Part shown: positions 1 through 9,676 of the stretch, piece after piece
How positions within the stretch are numbered: position 1 is the stretch's first letter
Layout: every line of letters starts with the position of its first letter
From: Deltaproteobacteria bacterium
GTDB taxonomy: Bacteria > Myxococcota_A > Polyangia > HGW-17 > SLPX01
DNA length: 64,000 nt
Assembly: GCA_021162935.1 (NCBI GenBank)
Contig: JAGGXR010000063.1
Coordinates: forward strand, 10,043 to 74,042
Direction of reading: 5' to 3'
Program-made: the position numbers and the translations under genes
Notes under the pieces: model-generated
The model's input: only the letters and a program-made list of their open reading frames with translations
What the model was told of the DNA's origin: nothing
Databases searched by the model: none

Positions 1-468
1 CGACTCATGACGGACGTGGTATTCGTTTGTCCTCTACGCAGATCGTTGCAAGCACTTTCGCAGGGCAGCCAAAACGTTTTTATGGGCTCCTTCACGAGAG
101 TGCCGCCGAACACCATCGTAGCGCGTGAAAAGCTGGGGGCCATTCATTCTTCCGAAATCAAGTACGTGTTCGGCACCCTGGATGCGGCGGCTCAAATCGA
201 GAAACCGCTCGATCAGACGGACAGCGACCTGTCTGATGCCATGACGAAGGCATGGTTCTCCATGGCCAAACTTGGCGATCCCGGCGCTGCGCAGGGCGTG
301 GATTGGCCCGCCTACGACACGACATCGACTCGATATCTGGAGTGGAACTGGCCTGCAGAGGTCCACGATGACCTCCGTAAAACCCAATGTGATTACATCG
401 ATGCATTTCGAGATTCGGACCTGTGTCGGTCGGGCGGCACGACATTGCCTCTCGCATGCCTCATGTAG
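1..468 (+). CDS. Carboxylesterase (type B) C-terminal fragment; 5' end lies outside the window
   Basis: The frame is open from base 1. The translation ...GAIHSSEIKYVFGTLD... matches the conserved C-terminal His/Glu region of type-B carboxylesterases. Stop at 466-468. Confidence 0.6.
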   Translation, partial: RLMTDVVFVCPLRRSLQALSQGSQNVFMGSFTRVPPNTIVAREKLGAIHSSEIKYVFGTLDAAAQIEKPLDQTDSDLSDAMTKAWFSMAKLGDPGAAQGVDWPAYDTTSTRYLEWNWPAEVHDDLRKTQCDYIDAFRDSDLCRSGGTTLPLACLM

Positions 469-471
469 ACC

Positions 472-600
472 CCCGCTTTTTGGCGCCACAATCCCATCTC
501 CGTCTCCAGTATTTTCCCCAGACCTGGACACTTCTTGCTTCTTGGCCGCCCATCTGGTTACCCCATTACCCGACGATCCGACGCCCCGACGATTGCGGTG
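472..600 (+). repeat. 128-bp intergenic repeat, copy 1 (family R2)
   Basis: About 85% identical to 18739-18870 in the same orientation (ccacaatc..cgtctccagtattttcccca..ggacacttc.tgcttctt.gcc...tctggttacccca.tacccgacga.ccgacg.cccgacgattg). Lies between the carboxylesterase stop and the amidase start. Confidence 0.7.
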
Positions 601-901
601 CTCGTCACCACCTTTCTCTTCCCGGCCTTTTCTGGTATCCTCCCTTTCCATATAGAAGCATCCCGTGTCTCGTTTCGATGGAGGTTGCAATGGCGAAGTC
701 CAAGCTGAAATTGTCCGGGACCAAGCTCAAGATGGTCGCCGGTATGGTCGAATCCGGTCTCGTGGGACCTGCGCTTCGGACCAAGGTGATGCGGCAGATG
801 GGCCTGGATGCCATCTGGGATGCGCACCTCGACGAAGAGGATGCGCCTGCTTTGGTGCTGACGCGTAGGGCGGATTCGTCCGAAGAGAAGGGGGAGGAGG
901 C

Positions 902-2326
902 ATGACCGGATTTCAATTTCGGACGATTTCGGAACTGGCGGATGCCTACCGCGGAGGCCGCACGAATCCAGTGGCGATTGCGAAGAAGATCCTGGATGCT
1001 GTAGCGGAGTTTGATGCGAACAAGCCGCCCCTTCGTGCGTTCATTGCCCAGCGCTCCGAGGACGTGATGGAGATGGCCGAGGCGTCGCATGTCCGGCATC
1101 AGAAGGGTGAACCCCTTTCTTTGCTGGATGGCATGCCCATCGCCGTCAAGGACGAAATTCATCAGAAGGGGTATCCCACCACCGTGGGGACCTCGTTCTT
1201 GGGGACGATTCCGCAGGACCAGGATGCCACAGTTGTGGCGCGTCTGCGGGCCGCAGGCGCTATCTTGGTGGGCAAGACCAACATGCATGAGGTCGGGATC
1301 GGGGTGACAGGGATCAACCCGCATCATGGGCCGGCCCGCAATCCTTATGACCTGGCTCGAATCACCGGCGGGTCGTCGAGTGGATCGGCGGCTGCCGTGG
1401 CTTCGGGGTTGTGCCCCGTGGCACTCGGAGCGGACGGCGGCGGGTCCATTCGGATTCCGTCGGGCCTCTGCGGTGTGGTCGGTCTCAAGCCAACCTATGG
1501 GCGCGTGTCCGAGCATGGAGCTTTTCCCTTGTGCTGGAGCGTGGCGCACCTTGGACCGATTGCCGGGACCGTTGCGGACACCCTGGAGGTCTATCGAGTC
1601 ATCGCTGGCAAGGACAACAAGGATCCAAACACATGGAGTCAGCCCGACCCGGTGTTTTCCGGCATCTTGGATGGTTCCCTAGAAAACATGACGCTTGGCG
1701 TCTGCCCCGAGTTTTTCAACCAGGCCGACGACGAGGTGGTGGCGGCCTGTCGACAGACCATCCATGCCATGGAGGACCTCGGTGCCAGGACCAAGGAGGT
1801 GTCGATTGCCGGCCTGGCGTACGTGCGGCCGGTCCAGTATCTGACCATCGGTGTCGAGATGGCTGCCGCGCTGTACGAGTACCGCAAGGAAGACAAGACG
1901 CGTTTTGGGGCAGACACTCGGGTCTTGCTCCAGGTAGCCTCTTCTGCGCCCGCCGTGGACTATGTTCGGGCGCAGCAGCTTCGGGGGCGAATCATTGCGG
2001 GCTTCGACGCTGCCCTGGCGGGCGTGGATGTGCTCGTTTCTCCCACCACCGGCAGGACCGCCGCGCCCATCAGCGCCCAGGCGGCCAAGACGGGAGAGAG
2101 TGACGAAGCCCTGCTCGAATCGCTGACCGAGTTTTCCTTTGCCGCCAACCTAACCGGTCTCCCTGCCGTGACCGTGCCGGTGGGCTACGATGAACAGGGG
2201 CTGCCCATTGGATTCCAGATCACTGCGCCGGCCTGGCGTGAGGATTTGGCGTTGCGTTGCGCCGCCGCCGTGGAACGTACCGTGGAGCGCCAGCGACCAC
2301 AGCAGTTCATCGACCTGTTGGAGTAG
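902..2326 (+). CDS. Amidase (amidase-signature family, GatA-like)
   Basis: 474 aa. Contains the [14 protein letters not shown] amidase signature with Ser/Lys catalytic context. Strong RBS gggggaggagg precedes the ATG at 902. Confidence 0.85.
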   Translation: MTGFQFRTISELADAYRGGRTNPVAIAKKILDAVAEFDANKPPLRAFIAQRSEDVMEMAEASHVRHQKGEPLSLLDGMPIAVKDEIHQKGYPTTVGTSFLGTIPQDQDATVVARLRAAGAILVGKTNMHEVGIGVTGINPHHGPARNPYDLARITGGSSSGSAAAVASGLCPVALGADGGGSIRIPSGLCGVVGLKPTYGRVSEHGAFPLCWSVAHLGPIAGTVADTLEVYRVIAGKDNKDPNTWSQPDPVFSGILDGSLENMTLGVCPEFFNQADDEVVAACRQTIHAMEDLGARTKEVSIAGLAYVRPVQYLTIGVEMAAALYEYRKEDKTRFGADTRVLLQVASSAPAVDYVRAQQLRGRIIAGFDAALAGVDVLVSPTTGRTAAPISAQAAKTGESDEALLESLTEFSFAANLTGLPAVTVPVGYDEQGLPIGFQITAPAWREDLALRCAAAVERTVERQRPQQFIDLLE

Positions 2327-2451
2327 GGAGACTTGTTTGATGTCCGCATTCGGGCGACGAGCGTCTGTTGTTTTTTGTGTTTTTCGTCGCGATCGTCATC
2401 AGACTGTGTCGAGGGGGGCGTGAGGTCTTCGGTCGGCATGGCCGATGGGCG

Positions 2452-2733
2452 TTATTTTCGGAATCCATGATGGGTGTCGTCTTCGTGGCGGTGGCCTCGA
2501 ATCAGTTTCAGGACGGAGAGGAACAGGACGGCACCCACGATTGCCACGCCGAAGCTCCATAAATTGAAACCGGTGACGCCCTTGCCGCCTGCCAGGTTGA
2601 ACAGCAGTCCTCCGACCACGCCGCCCAAGATGCCCACCACGATATTCGTCAGGCAGCCCTGCTGCTGTTCGAGGAGATTCGCGGCGATCCAACCTGCAAT
2701 GCCTCCCAAGATAATCCAAGCAAAGAATCCCAT
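2452..2733 (-). CDS. GlsB/YeaQ/YmgE-family small membrane protein (transglycosylase-associated)
   Basis: 93 aa with two Gly-rich hydrophobic segments (WIILGGIAGWIA... GILGGVVGGLLFNLAGG), typical of the YeaQ/YmgE family. Confidence 0.75.
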   Translation of the reverse strand: MGFFAWIILGGIAGWIAANLLEQQQGCLTNIVVGILGGVVGGLLFNLAGGKGVTGFNLWSFGVAIVGAVLFLSVLKLIRGHRHEDDTHHGFRK

Positions 2734-2930
2734 GCTGTGACCTCGTATCCAGTGGCGTGAGTTCTGTGACTCGATGATGCGTTGACATTCGTTCGCCCCG
2801 TCGGTTGATTCGGCGGGCCGCAGCGGCGACTGCTATCCGGGTTGGTCGCTGCTGTCATCTCAAAGTGATGCCTTGTTGGTTGCGATCGGGCAAGAAAAAA
2901 TGGAGCAGTCGGAAAGGGTTCGTGCTGCGC

Positions 2931-3095
2931 CTAAGGAGGCTGTTCAAAATAGAATTGCCAATTTGGGGCGTCGAGGCGCCCGTCTGGCACGAAGCGACGA
3001 GGGCGCGTACCGGGTGGTACGCAACCGACGAGCGACAAAGCCAGGCGGGATGGATCGGCGTTCCAGATGGCAGATTTATTCTGACCAGCCTCCTA
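2931..3095. mobile_element. MITE-like element, full copy A (165 bp) with terminal inverted repeats
   Basis: Ends taaggaggctgttcaaaat ... attctgaccagcctcctaa are imperfect inverted repeats. The whole element is about 93% identical to the reverse complement of 36610-36775. Intergenic. Internal ORFs 2855-3160(-) and 2873-3229(+) are artefacts. Confidence 0.8.
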
Positions 3096-3156
3096 AACAT
3101 TTGTCTGCGTGTTGGGGCCTGCTTTCCGGTTTCGGTGGCCGCGGGGAGCCGAACGC

Positions 3157-4533
3157 TCATGGCACGGAGACGAAGGCCATCTTCATGCGAAAGTTCGGAC
3201 TGTCTCCTTCAGACCAGGCGACCACGTAGACGTCACCAACGACGTGGGCGGCGGCTGGAGCATAGGGCGGAACCAGGGAGTCTGTCACCGCCCGTAGGGT
3301 GCCCAGGGTGAATTGGCTGCCATCGAAGGTAAACCCCTGGGCCGTGAATTGGTTGTGGAATCCGCTGATGTTTCGATACCAGAACACCGCACCACCGTTC
3401 GCAGCGGCGACCACCCTCGGTGCATAGTCCCGCCCACTGGTTGCGCCCAATGTGATGGATGCCGCGCTGCCGTTCATGTCCGTGCCGTCAGTGAGTATGA
3501 TGTCGTCGTTGGAGGCATAGGCCAAATAGAGAAGGTCGTTGGCCGGATCAACGGCGTAAAAGCTGGACGTGTCGCCGGCAACGGTGGCCACGACGCGAGG
3601 CGGTTGGGGCTGCGGGGTCGCATCTCCTGCTGGTATCATGGCCTGAACCACCTCGTTGTCCTGTCCGTTTCCTCCGCGGACGTAGCTCAAATAGATGTCG
3701 CCCTTGGAGTTCGCTGCGATGCTGGGATAGCTGTCGAAGCGACCGTCTTCGACGTAGCCGTCCACCGCGTTACCCACCAGACTACCGTTTTCGTCGAGGC
3801 TCTGTACGAAGGCCTGGAAGCCGGAAGCCACCGGAAGGCCCCTGACTGCAGCGATGGCGAATCCACCGGTGGGCAGAGCGGCCACCTGGGGACTCATGAC
3901 GTTGCCTGACACGGGCGTTGCGTCGTAGGTGGTTTCAAGGAAGCGGTCGCTCGTCATTTGTGGACTGCCGTCCGGGGCGAAGATCCGGTACGCCACGTCC
4001 ATGTTGTCGATTCCGGTTCCGTTGTCCGAAGACCAGACTACGTAGATGGCATCGTCGGCGATGGCGAGGTCCGGGTCCACGTCGTTTCCCTCGGTCGTGT
4101 TCACCTTGAATGGGGCCATGAGCCGGGATCCGTTGCAACCGAATCGGCTGAGGTACACGTCGAAGTCGCCGTTGTCGTTCGGGAGATTATAGACCAGCCA
4201 GACATCGTGACCATCGAAGGCCACCGCCGCGTGAATCTGGCTGTCCGGCCCCTGGGGATCCACCTCGAAGGGCGTGTCGAGCTGAAGCTGCTCTTGGCAG
4301 GTCTGCGGAACGCCTGCGTCGCCGCCGTCCATGTCCATGGTGGCATCAACGTCCATCCCGATGGCGTCGTGTTCGATTCCCGCATCCTTTCCAGGGCCAG
4401 CATCGGAGCTCTGTTGCGAAGGTGAGGAACAGCCAGCAAACAACAAGGGGACGGCGCACGACAAGAGCCAAAGTGACGGTCGAATCCAGGTGGACTCGAC
4501 GAAGAACGAAGAGCGAAGACCATTTCGATTCAT
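3157..4533 (-). CDS. Secreted lipoprotein, repeat-containing (possible beta-propeller), function unknown
   Basis: Start moved to the ATG at 4533 (MNRNGLRSS..., RBS aggaga). Signal peptide ends in lipobox LFAGC. Body is rich in D/G/Y repeat-like segments. Confidence 0.55.
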   Translation of the reverse strand: MNRNGLRSSFFVESTWIRPSLWLLSCAVPLLFAGCSSPSQQSSDAGPGKDAGIEHDAIGMDVDATMDMDGGDAGVPQTCQEQLQLDTPFEVDPQGPDSQIHAAVAFDGHDVWLVYNLPNDNGDFDVYLSRFGCNGSRLMAPFKVNTTEGNDVDPDLAIADDAIYVVWSSDNGTGIDNMDVAYRIFAPDGSPQMTSDRFLETTYDATPVSGNVMSPQVAALPTGGFAIAAVRGLPVASGFQAFVQSLDENGSLVGNAVDGYVEDGRFDSYPSIAANSKGDIYLSYVRGGNGQDNEVVQAMIPAGDATPQPQPPRVVATVAGDTSSFYAVDPANDLLYLAYASNDDIILTDGTDMNGSAASITLGATSGRDYAPRVVAAANGGAVFWYRNISGFHNQFTAQGFTFDGSQFTLGTLRAVTDSLVPPYAPAAAHVVGDVYVVAWSEGDSPNFRMKMAFVSVP

Positions 4534-5186
4534 GTGTCTGTCTCCTGGGAAATACTGCCGAAGGTTGAACATCTCAGTGATGTCCAGGAATACAGATTCT
4601 ATGATAACAGGTTGTGGTTGGTCAGGGAATTGGTTCGAACCACCACCGGCAGGGACAGACCCAAATCCAGCCGACGCCAAAGACCGACAGAGAGCGCGAA
4701 CTCAGTCGTGAGACGATGTGCGATGGGGCGGGCCTGTTTGCGTCCCTGTCACAAGCAAAGGCGTCCATCCGGCGCGAATGCGCCCGAATGTTTCGACGAA
4801 TTGTCATCGGTTGGTTGAGCCATCCTGACAAAGTGGCGCAATGGTTCGTTGGTGTCGTTCTGGAAGATTTTTTAAATGATAATGAAATCAAAGCGTTGCT
4901 AAAGATTTTTCCTTTTGGCACGGGTCATGCTGTTCAACTGGGTACGAGGGCCGAAGGACCCCAACGATGCATAGGAGGTGCTCCCATGAAGACAGCAGGA
5001 CCACTCGCCATGACCATGGAAAACAGCGTGATAGCCGACCTACCGGCGGAACTCATCGCCAACCTACGAGCCAGGATTGCCCGACGCCCAGGCCGATGGC
5101 GTCGTAGGATGCAGCCCAGGAGCAAGCGGAAGCGCGAGGTCGAAGGCCCCATGCCGGCTTCGGTCTGAGGATACGCAACAGCTTCC

Positions 5187-6380
5187 CTACGGCCGTTCGA
5201 GCATCATGGCCTTGCCCATGCCGCCGCCCACGCAGAGGCTGGCGATGCCCCGGTGCAGATTTCGATGCTGCATTTCGTGGAGCAGGGTCACCACGATACG
5301 GCAGCCCGTGGCGCCGACCGGATGCCCGAGTGCGATTCCCGATCCATTGACGTTCGTGATGCTTCGGTCGAGTTCGAGTGCTTTTTCGCAGGCCAAGTAC
5401 TGGGCGGCAAAGGCTTCGTTCAGTTCGATGAGTTCGATGTCCGAGATGGACAGTTTTTGCCGTTCGAGGAGCTTTCGGATCGCCGGGACCGGGCCGTATC
5501 CCATCCGTTCTGGTTCCACACCCGCCACCTGGTGGTCCACGATGTAGGCCAGAGGCTTCAGGCCGTGCTTTTCGGCGAAGCGTTCCGAAGCCAAGACGGT
5601 GGCGGCCGCTCCGTCGTTGATTCCGGATGCGTTTCCTGCCGTGACGGTTCCGTCCTTTCGGAATGCGGGTTTCAGCTTGGCGAGCTTTTCCATGGTCGTG
5701 CCGCGCCGTGGATGTTCGTCCTGGTCCAGGACGATTTCTTCACCCTTGCGTCCCTTCTTGACCACTGGCACGATTTCGTCTTTGAAACGGCCCTCGTCGA
5801 TGGCGGCGATGGCGCGATTTTGGCTCGTCAGTGCGAGTTCGTCCTGTTCCTCTCTCGTGAGGTGAAATTCTTCGGCCAGGTTTTCGGCCGTGACGCCCAT
5901 GTGGAAGTGGCCAACCGGGTCGGTCAAACCTTCAGTGAGCATGTCGGTCGCCTTGCCGTCCCACATGCGCTTGCCCCAGCGCATGTCGTACAGGGCAAAG
6001 GGAATCCGGCTCATGTTTTCCACGCCTCCCGCCAGGATCACCTCCGACTCGCCGGTCTGGATCTGCTGCATGCCGAAGACCATGGCCTGCATGGCCGAAG
6101 AACATTGACGTTGGATGGTGCATGCCGGCACTTGGGGTGGGATGCCCGCTTTGAGCGAGATGACCCGACCGACGTTGATCTCGTCGGTCCGCGACATGCA
6201 GTTTCCCATCAGGACGTCATTGAGTTGGTCGGGTTGGATGCCCGCCCTGGTCATGGCCTCCTGTGAAACGACGCGGCCCAGCTCCGAAGCCGGGACGTCC
6301 TTGAAAATGCCCCCGAAGGTGCCGATAGCGGTTCGTACCGCACTGAGGATGACCACCCGATCCTTACGTTCCTGTGCCAT
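5187..6380 (-). CDS. Acetyl-CoA C-acetyltransferase (thiolase II)
   Basis: 397 aa. N-terminus VVILSAVRTAIGTFGG, the active-site Cys region and a C-terminal GGGMG motif are typical of thiolases. RBS ggagaa upstream. Confidence 0.9.
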   Translation of the reverse strand: MAQERKDRVVILSAVRTAIGTFGGIFKDVPASELGRVVSQEAMTRAGIQPDQLNDVLMGNCMSRTDEINVGRVISLKAGIPPQVPACTIQRQCSSAMQAMVFGMQQIQTGESEVILAGGVENMSRIPFALYDMRWGKRMWDGKATDMLTEGLTDPVGHFHMGVTAENLAEEFHLTREEQDELALTSQNRAIAAIDEGRFKDEIVPVVKKGRKGEEIVLDQDEHPRRGTTMEKLAKLKPAFRKDGTVTAGNASGINDGAAATVLASERFAEKHGLKPLAYIVDHQVAGVEPERMGYGPVPAIRKLLERQKLSISDIELIELNEAFAAQYLACEKALELDRSITNVNGSGIALGHPVGATGCRIVVTLLHEMQHRNLHRGIASLCVGGGMGKAMMLERP

Positions 6381-6394
6381 GTCGTTCTCCTTGT

Positions 6395-6462
6395 TCTGCC
6401 GTAGGCGGAGTTCTGCCGTAGGCGGAGTCCTGCCGTAGGTGGAGTCCTGCCGTAGGCGGACC
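6395..6462. repeat. Tandem array of a 17-bp unit, four copies (tctgccgtaggcggagt x2, cctgccgtaggtggagt, cctgccgtaggcggacc)
   Basis: Read directly from the sequence. Sits 15-82 bp upstream of the thiolase start, inside the 395-bp divergent intergenic region shared with the PMM gene. Confidence 0.85.
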
Positions 6463-6775
6463 CATTGTCGTGTCGTGATCCCGACGGGCCTGTGAGTGCC
6501 GACGCGGTGCGCCCGATTCGCCGCAACTCATGTTCGAGAGTGTTTTTCTTCGCAACCATCTTGTCAAGCCACCGGCATGTCGTCTCAAGCCACGAACCGG
6601 CATGTCGTCATGGGTAGGCGAATGGAAAGGTCTTGCAACGAGCAGGGCAATCGAGCATCTTTGGCACAGCAGACACATGCTCTGCCTGCAGGGCAACTGG
6701 TCCAAGGAAGGACCGGATACGTTGCTCGGAGCGCCTCGGTCGAGGCGGGGCGGGGTAGACAATGAACGAGGAGGT

Positions 6776-8122
6776 ATGATCGTGGCAGATCCGTTCAAGG
6801 CATACGATGTTCGAGGACTCTATGGCAAAAATGTGACCGACGAGTTGGCCTACCAGGTCGGTCGGGCCTTCGTGGCGCACACGGGGGCGCGGCGCGTGGT
6901 GCTGGGGCACGATATGCGGGTTTCCTCGCCGGCTCTGGCTCGCGAATTTGCTCGTGGATTGAGTGAGGCGGGCGCTGACGTGGAGGACATCGGGCTGGCC
7001 AGCACGGACATGCTCTACTTTGCGGTGATCGATCACGATGCGGACGGCGGGATCGAGGTGACTGCGTCTCATAATCCGGCCCAGTACAACGGATTCAAGG
7101 TGACCAGGAAGCATGCGATTCCGCTTGGTCTGGGCAGCGGCCTGGAGGCGATCGAAGAGCGGGTTCGGTCGAACGACTTGGGGCCCAAGGCGGACAAGCC
7201 CGGAACGGTGACCCAGGTGAACGTGCTCGACGATTTCATTGCGTTCATGCATTCGTTCGTGGACCCGTCCAAGCTGGCGCCGTTGAAGGTCGTGGTGGAC
7301 GTGGGCAATGGAATGGGCGGCATGATTGTGGAGCGGCTGTTCGAAGGGTCGCCGGTGCATCTGGTTCCCTTGTTTTTCGAGCTGGATGGAAACTTTCCAA
7401 ATCACGAGGCCAATCCGCTTTTGGAGGAGAACCGGCGCGACCTCATTGCGAAGGTTCGCGAGGTCGGAGCGGACGTGGGCATCGGTCTGGATGGCGACAC
7501 GGATCGTGCGTTCTTCGTGGACTCGGACGGCTCTTTCTGTTCCGGGGACTTCATTCTGGGTCTGCTGGCGCAGCCCGTGCTGAGGAGTCGTCCCGGCGCG
7601 CTCATCACGTATGACGTGCGTTGCTCGAATTATGTACCCGACACGGTCAAGCGGCTCGGCGGCAGGAGTTTGGTGGGCAAGGTTGGCCACGCCTACGCCA
7701 AGAACCTCATGCGCGAGCATCAGGCTGCGTTCGGCGGCGAGGTTTCGGGCCACTACTATTTCAAGCATCGAGGGGCCTATTTCGATTCGGGCAATCTGAC
7801 CTCGTTGCTTCTGCTCCAGACGCTGACCGAAATGAAGGCGTCGCTCAAGGAAGCCATGGTCGAAACCAAGGACTATCATGTGAGCGGCGAGATCAACTCA
7901 CGAGTGCAGGATGCCGACGAGGTGCTCGACCGGATCGAAAAGATGTTCGGTCCGCGTGGGGAACTGCTCAAGATCGACGGCGTGTCGGTGGTGGGAGACC
8001 GTTGGTGGCTCAACGTCCGAAAGAGCAATACGGAACCGCTGGTTCGCCTGAACTGTGAAGGCCCCACCAAGGAGGCGATGGAGCAGCTTCGGGACGAAGT
8101 CTTGGCGGTGATTCGGCAGTGA
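6776..8122 (+). CDS. Phosphomannomutase/phosphoglucomutase
   Basis: TASHNPAQYNGFKV active-site phosphoserine motif and a GLDGDTDR metal-binding loop. Start set to the ATG at 6776 (MIVADPFKAYDVRG) preceded by gaggagg. The track ORF from 6530 is over-extended. Confidence 0.85.
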   Translation: MIVADPFKAYDVRGLYGKNVTDELAYQVGRAFVAHTGARRVVLGHDMRVSSPALAREFARGLSEAGADVEDIGLASTDMLYFAVIDHDADGGIEVTASHNPAQYNGFKVTRKHAIPLGLGSGLEAIEERVRSNDLGPKADKPGTVTQVNVLDDFIAFMHSFVDPSKLAPLKVVVDVGNGMGGMIVERLFEGSPVHLVPLFFELDGNFPNHEANPLLEENRRDLIAKVREVGADVGIGLDGDTDRAFFVDSDGSFCSGDFILGLLAQPVLRSRPGALITYDVRCSNYVPDTVKRLGGRSLVGKVGHAYAKNLMREHQAAFGGEVSGHYYFKHRGAYFDSGNLTSLLLLQTLTEMKASLKEAMVETKDYHVSGEINSRVQDADEVLDRIEKMFGPRGELLKIDGVSVVGDRWWLNVRKSNTEPLVRLNCEGPTKEAMEQLRDEVLAVIRQ

Positions 8123-8209
8123 AGCACGTTCACGACGTTGATCGGCCAACGTGACCGGAAGACGTTCCTGGACAGAGTGACCGGGGAAGACGGCCGAAGA
8201 GAGCGAATC

Positions 8210-8722
8210 ATGAAGAGACGATGGCCGATGTGGCGAACTGGAAGAGCACGAGGAGCGATTCTGGTCGCTGCGTTGCTCCTGGCGGCAGGCCTTTCGGCAT
8301 GCATGAAGCTTTCGGAGTTTCGCGGCACCTGGTCCGGCACGATCGAGCAGTCGGAGGACGTTCGTGCGGGGTTCGGCCCAGGAACGGAACTCACCCTCAA
8401 TATCGAGGGGATCACCGAGCGGGTCATGTCCGGCACGATCTCCACCTGCGTCCGTGGTTTCGAGCAGGATCAATGTCAGCCGGGGCGATTTCAGGATGCG
8501 GTCCTCAATCCGCTCGAAAAGGCGCAAAACGATGACCTGCGGACCATGACCTTCGGTGGTGATCCCTATGCGGTCTATCTGTTCACGGTGCAACCGGCGG
8601 ACCCAAACGACACCGCGATGCTTTGCATCGTCTCGGTGCACAGCGAACATCGCGTCGAGGTCCGGCTCCTGCGGGGGCAGGATGTCTTCGGAGTTTTTCG
8701 TCTGAAGAAACAGAAGAAATGA
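8210..8722 (+). CDS. Hypothetical lipoprotein
   Basis: MKRRWPMWRTG...LLAAGLSAC gives a signal peptide plus lipobox. No recognisable catalytic motif. Confidence 0.45.
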   Translation: MKRRWPMWRTGRARGAILVAALLLAAGLSACMKLSEFRGTWSGTIEQSEDVRAGFGPGTELTLNIEGITERVMSGTISTCVRGFEQDQCQPGRFQDAVLNPLEKAQNDDLRTMTFGGDPYAVYLFTVQPADPNDTAMLCIVSVHSEHRVEVRLLRGQDVFGVFRLKKQKK

Positions 8723-8782
8723 CGCCTGGCCTGGTTGGTCGGCCGACGCCCTGCACGTCCGTCAGAGGACCGGCATTTCTGG

Positions 8783-9115
8783 TCAGACTTTCAGATACGG
8801 AAGCACCTTCTGGAGCTTCATGGCGACCATGGGGTTGTCCACCTTGAGCTTGCCCGTGGCGAAGAGCTGCATTGCCACCGCGAAGTTACCCATCAGTTTG
8901 TCGAAGTCGTCTTGAGCAACGGTGATGGTGCAGTCTGGTTTGGCCCCGTCACCGGCGCCCACGGTGGGTGGATCGGCCTTGAGATCCATGGTCCAGACGC
9001 CGCCTTCTGGGCCCGAGATGTCGAACTTGAACACGGCGCCGACCTTCTTCATCTTGTCAGCGTGTTTGCTCAGCGCTTTGGGCGCCTTTTCTTCGAAGAT
9101 TTCTTTGGGGCTCAT
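8783..9115 (-). CDS. SCP2 sterol-carrier-like domain protein
   Basis: 110 aa from the ATG at 9115 (MSPKEIFEE...). The pattern FKFDISG...TITVAQDDFDKLMGNFAVAMQLFATGKLKVDNPMVAMKLQKV is characteristic of the SCP2 fold. Confidence 0.65.
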   Translation of the reverse strand: MSPKEIFEEKAPKALSKHADKMKKVGAVFKFDISGPEGGVWTMDLKADPPTVGAGDGAKPDCTITVAQDDFDKLMGNFAVAMQLFATGKLKVDNPMVAMKLQKVLPYLKV

Positions 9116-9676
9116 GCGGTCTCCTTGCAAAAATGGCACGGCTGGCTCGAATGGATCGGCGTCACACGGATCCGGCCGCAGTGTCTGGTGATGGTGGAGC
9201 CTGAGCGCCGACGTGGTCGTTGCGATGAGGCCCTCGCGCATCGAGCCGGTGCGCGAGGTGATTCTTACTCGTTTTCGGCTTGGTAAGGTAGAAAAATGAA
9301 GGCATCGGGATGGCCGCCACCGAAGCCTGAACGTGCAGCGTTGGCGCCAGGGAAAAAAGAGTCGGAAAAAGGTTGAAAATGGAGTCGGATTGGAGCAACT
9401 TCACAAAAAATCGACGAACGTGCTCAAGTCGCGTGGACGCGCTCAACAGGCAGTTCCTGGCATCGTCGGAAAAGACTGCATATGATGCTCTCGGAATTTG
9501 TTGTTTGCCGTTCATTTTTGCACTTGCCGTTTGGACGTCCCGTTCCAACCTCCGGTTCGAAACCCGAGATTGGAGTTCAGAATTGGAGCGAGGCGTTTGA
9601 GCGAAAGGCTTGGACCAGAGGTTCGCACTGCACATGCGGGCCTGGCGTTGGAACTTGGTGTTAGGATCTGGAGATC

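Noticed and set aside
423-905. 160-aa ORF spanning repeat R2 copy 1, with a similar translation in 18670-19083
   Set aside because: The similarity is explained by the 128-bp DNA repeat. Indels between the copies break the frame (LPHYPTIRRPDD versus VTPFTRRPDD), so this is not a conserved protein.
605-1549. 314-aa minus-strand ORF overlapping the amidase gene
   Set aside because: The amidase on the plus strand carries the family signature. The antisense ORF has no recognisable features.
2354-2390. Possible bidirectional terminator between the amidase and the YeaQ-like gene (gcgacga...T-rich...tcgtcgc)
   Set aside because: The stem is only 7 bp with a 23-nt loop. It does not fit a canonical intrinsic terminator.
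2855-3229. ORFs inside MITE copy A (and 36471-36851 / 36498-36809 inside copy B) giving conserved peptides such as KEAVQNRIANLGRRGARLARSDEGAYRVVRNR
   Set aside because: The peptide conservation merely mirrors nucleotide identity of the repeat. The reading frames are on opposite strands of an element with inverted-repeat ends and lack RBS or start context, so they are non-coding.
6608-7879. 423-aa minus-strand ORF antisense to the phosphomannomutase gene; similarly 7898-8650(-), 10669-11883(-), 11781-12827(-), 18969-19952(-), 19268-20257(+), 20560-21330(-), 21619-22536(-), 31316-32323(-), 39573-40466(-), 46482-47837(-), 51645-52619(-), 5253-6266(+)
   Set aside because: All overlap genes with strong motif evidence in another frame or strand. 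Long open frames are expected by chance in DNA above 60% GC.
9617-9645. Possible sigma-54 promoter TGGACCA-gagg-TTCGC upstream of the NuoE-like gene
   Set aside because: Two mismatches in the -24 element and a disrupted -12 element. Too weak to call without transcription-start data.
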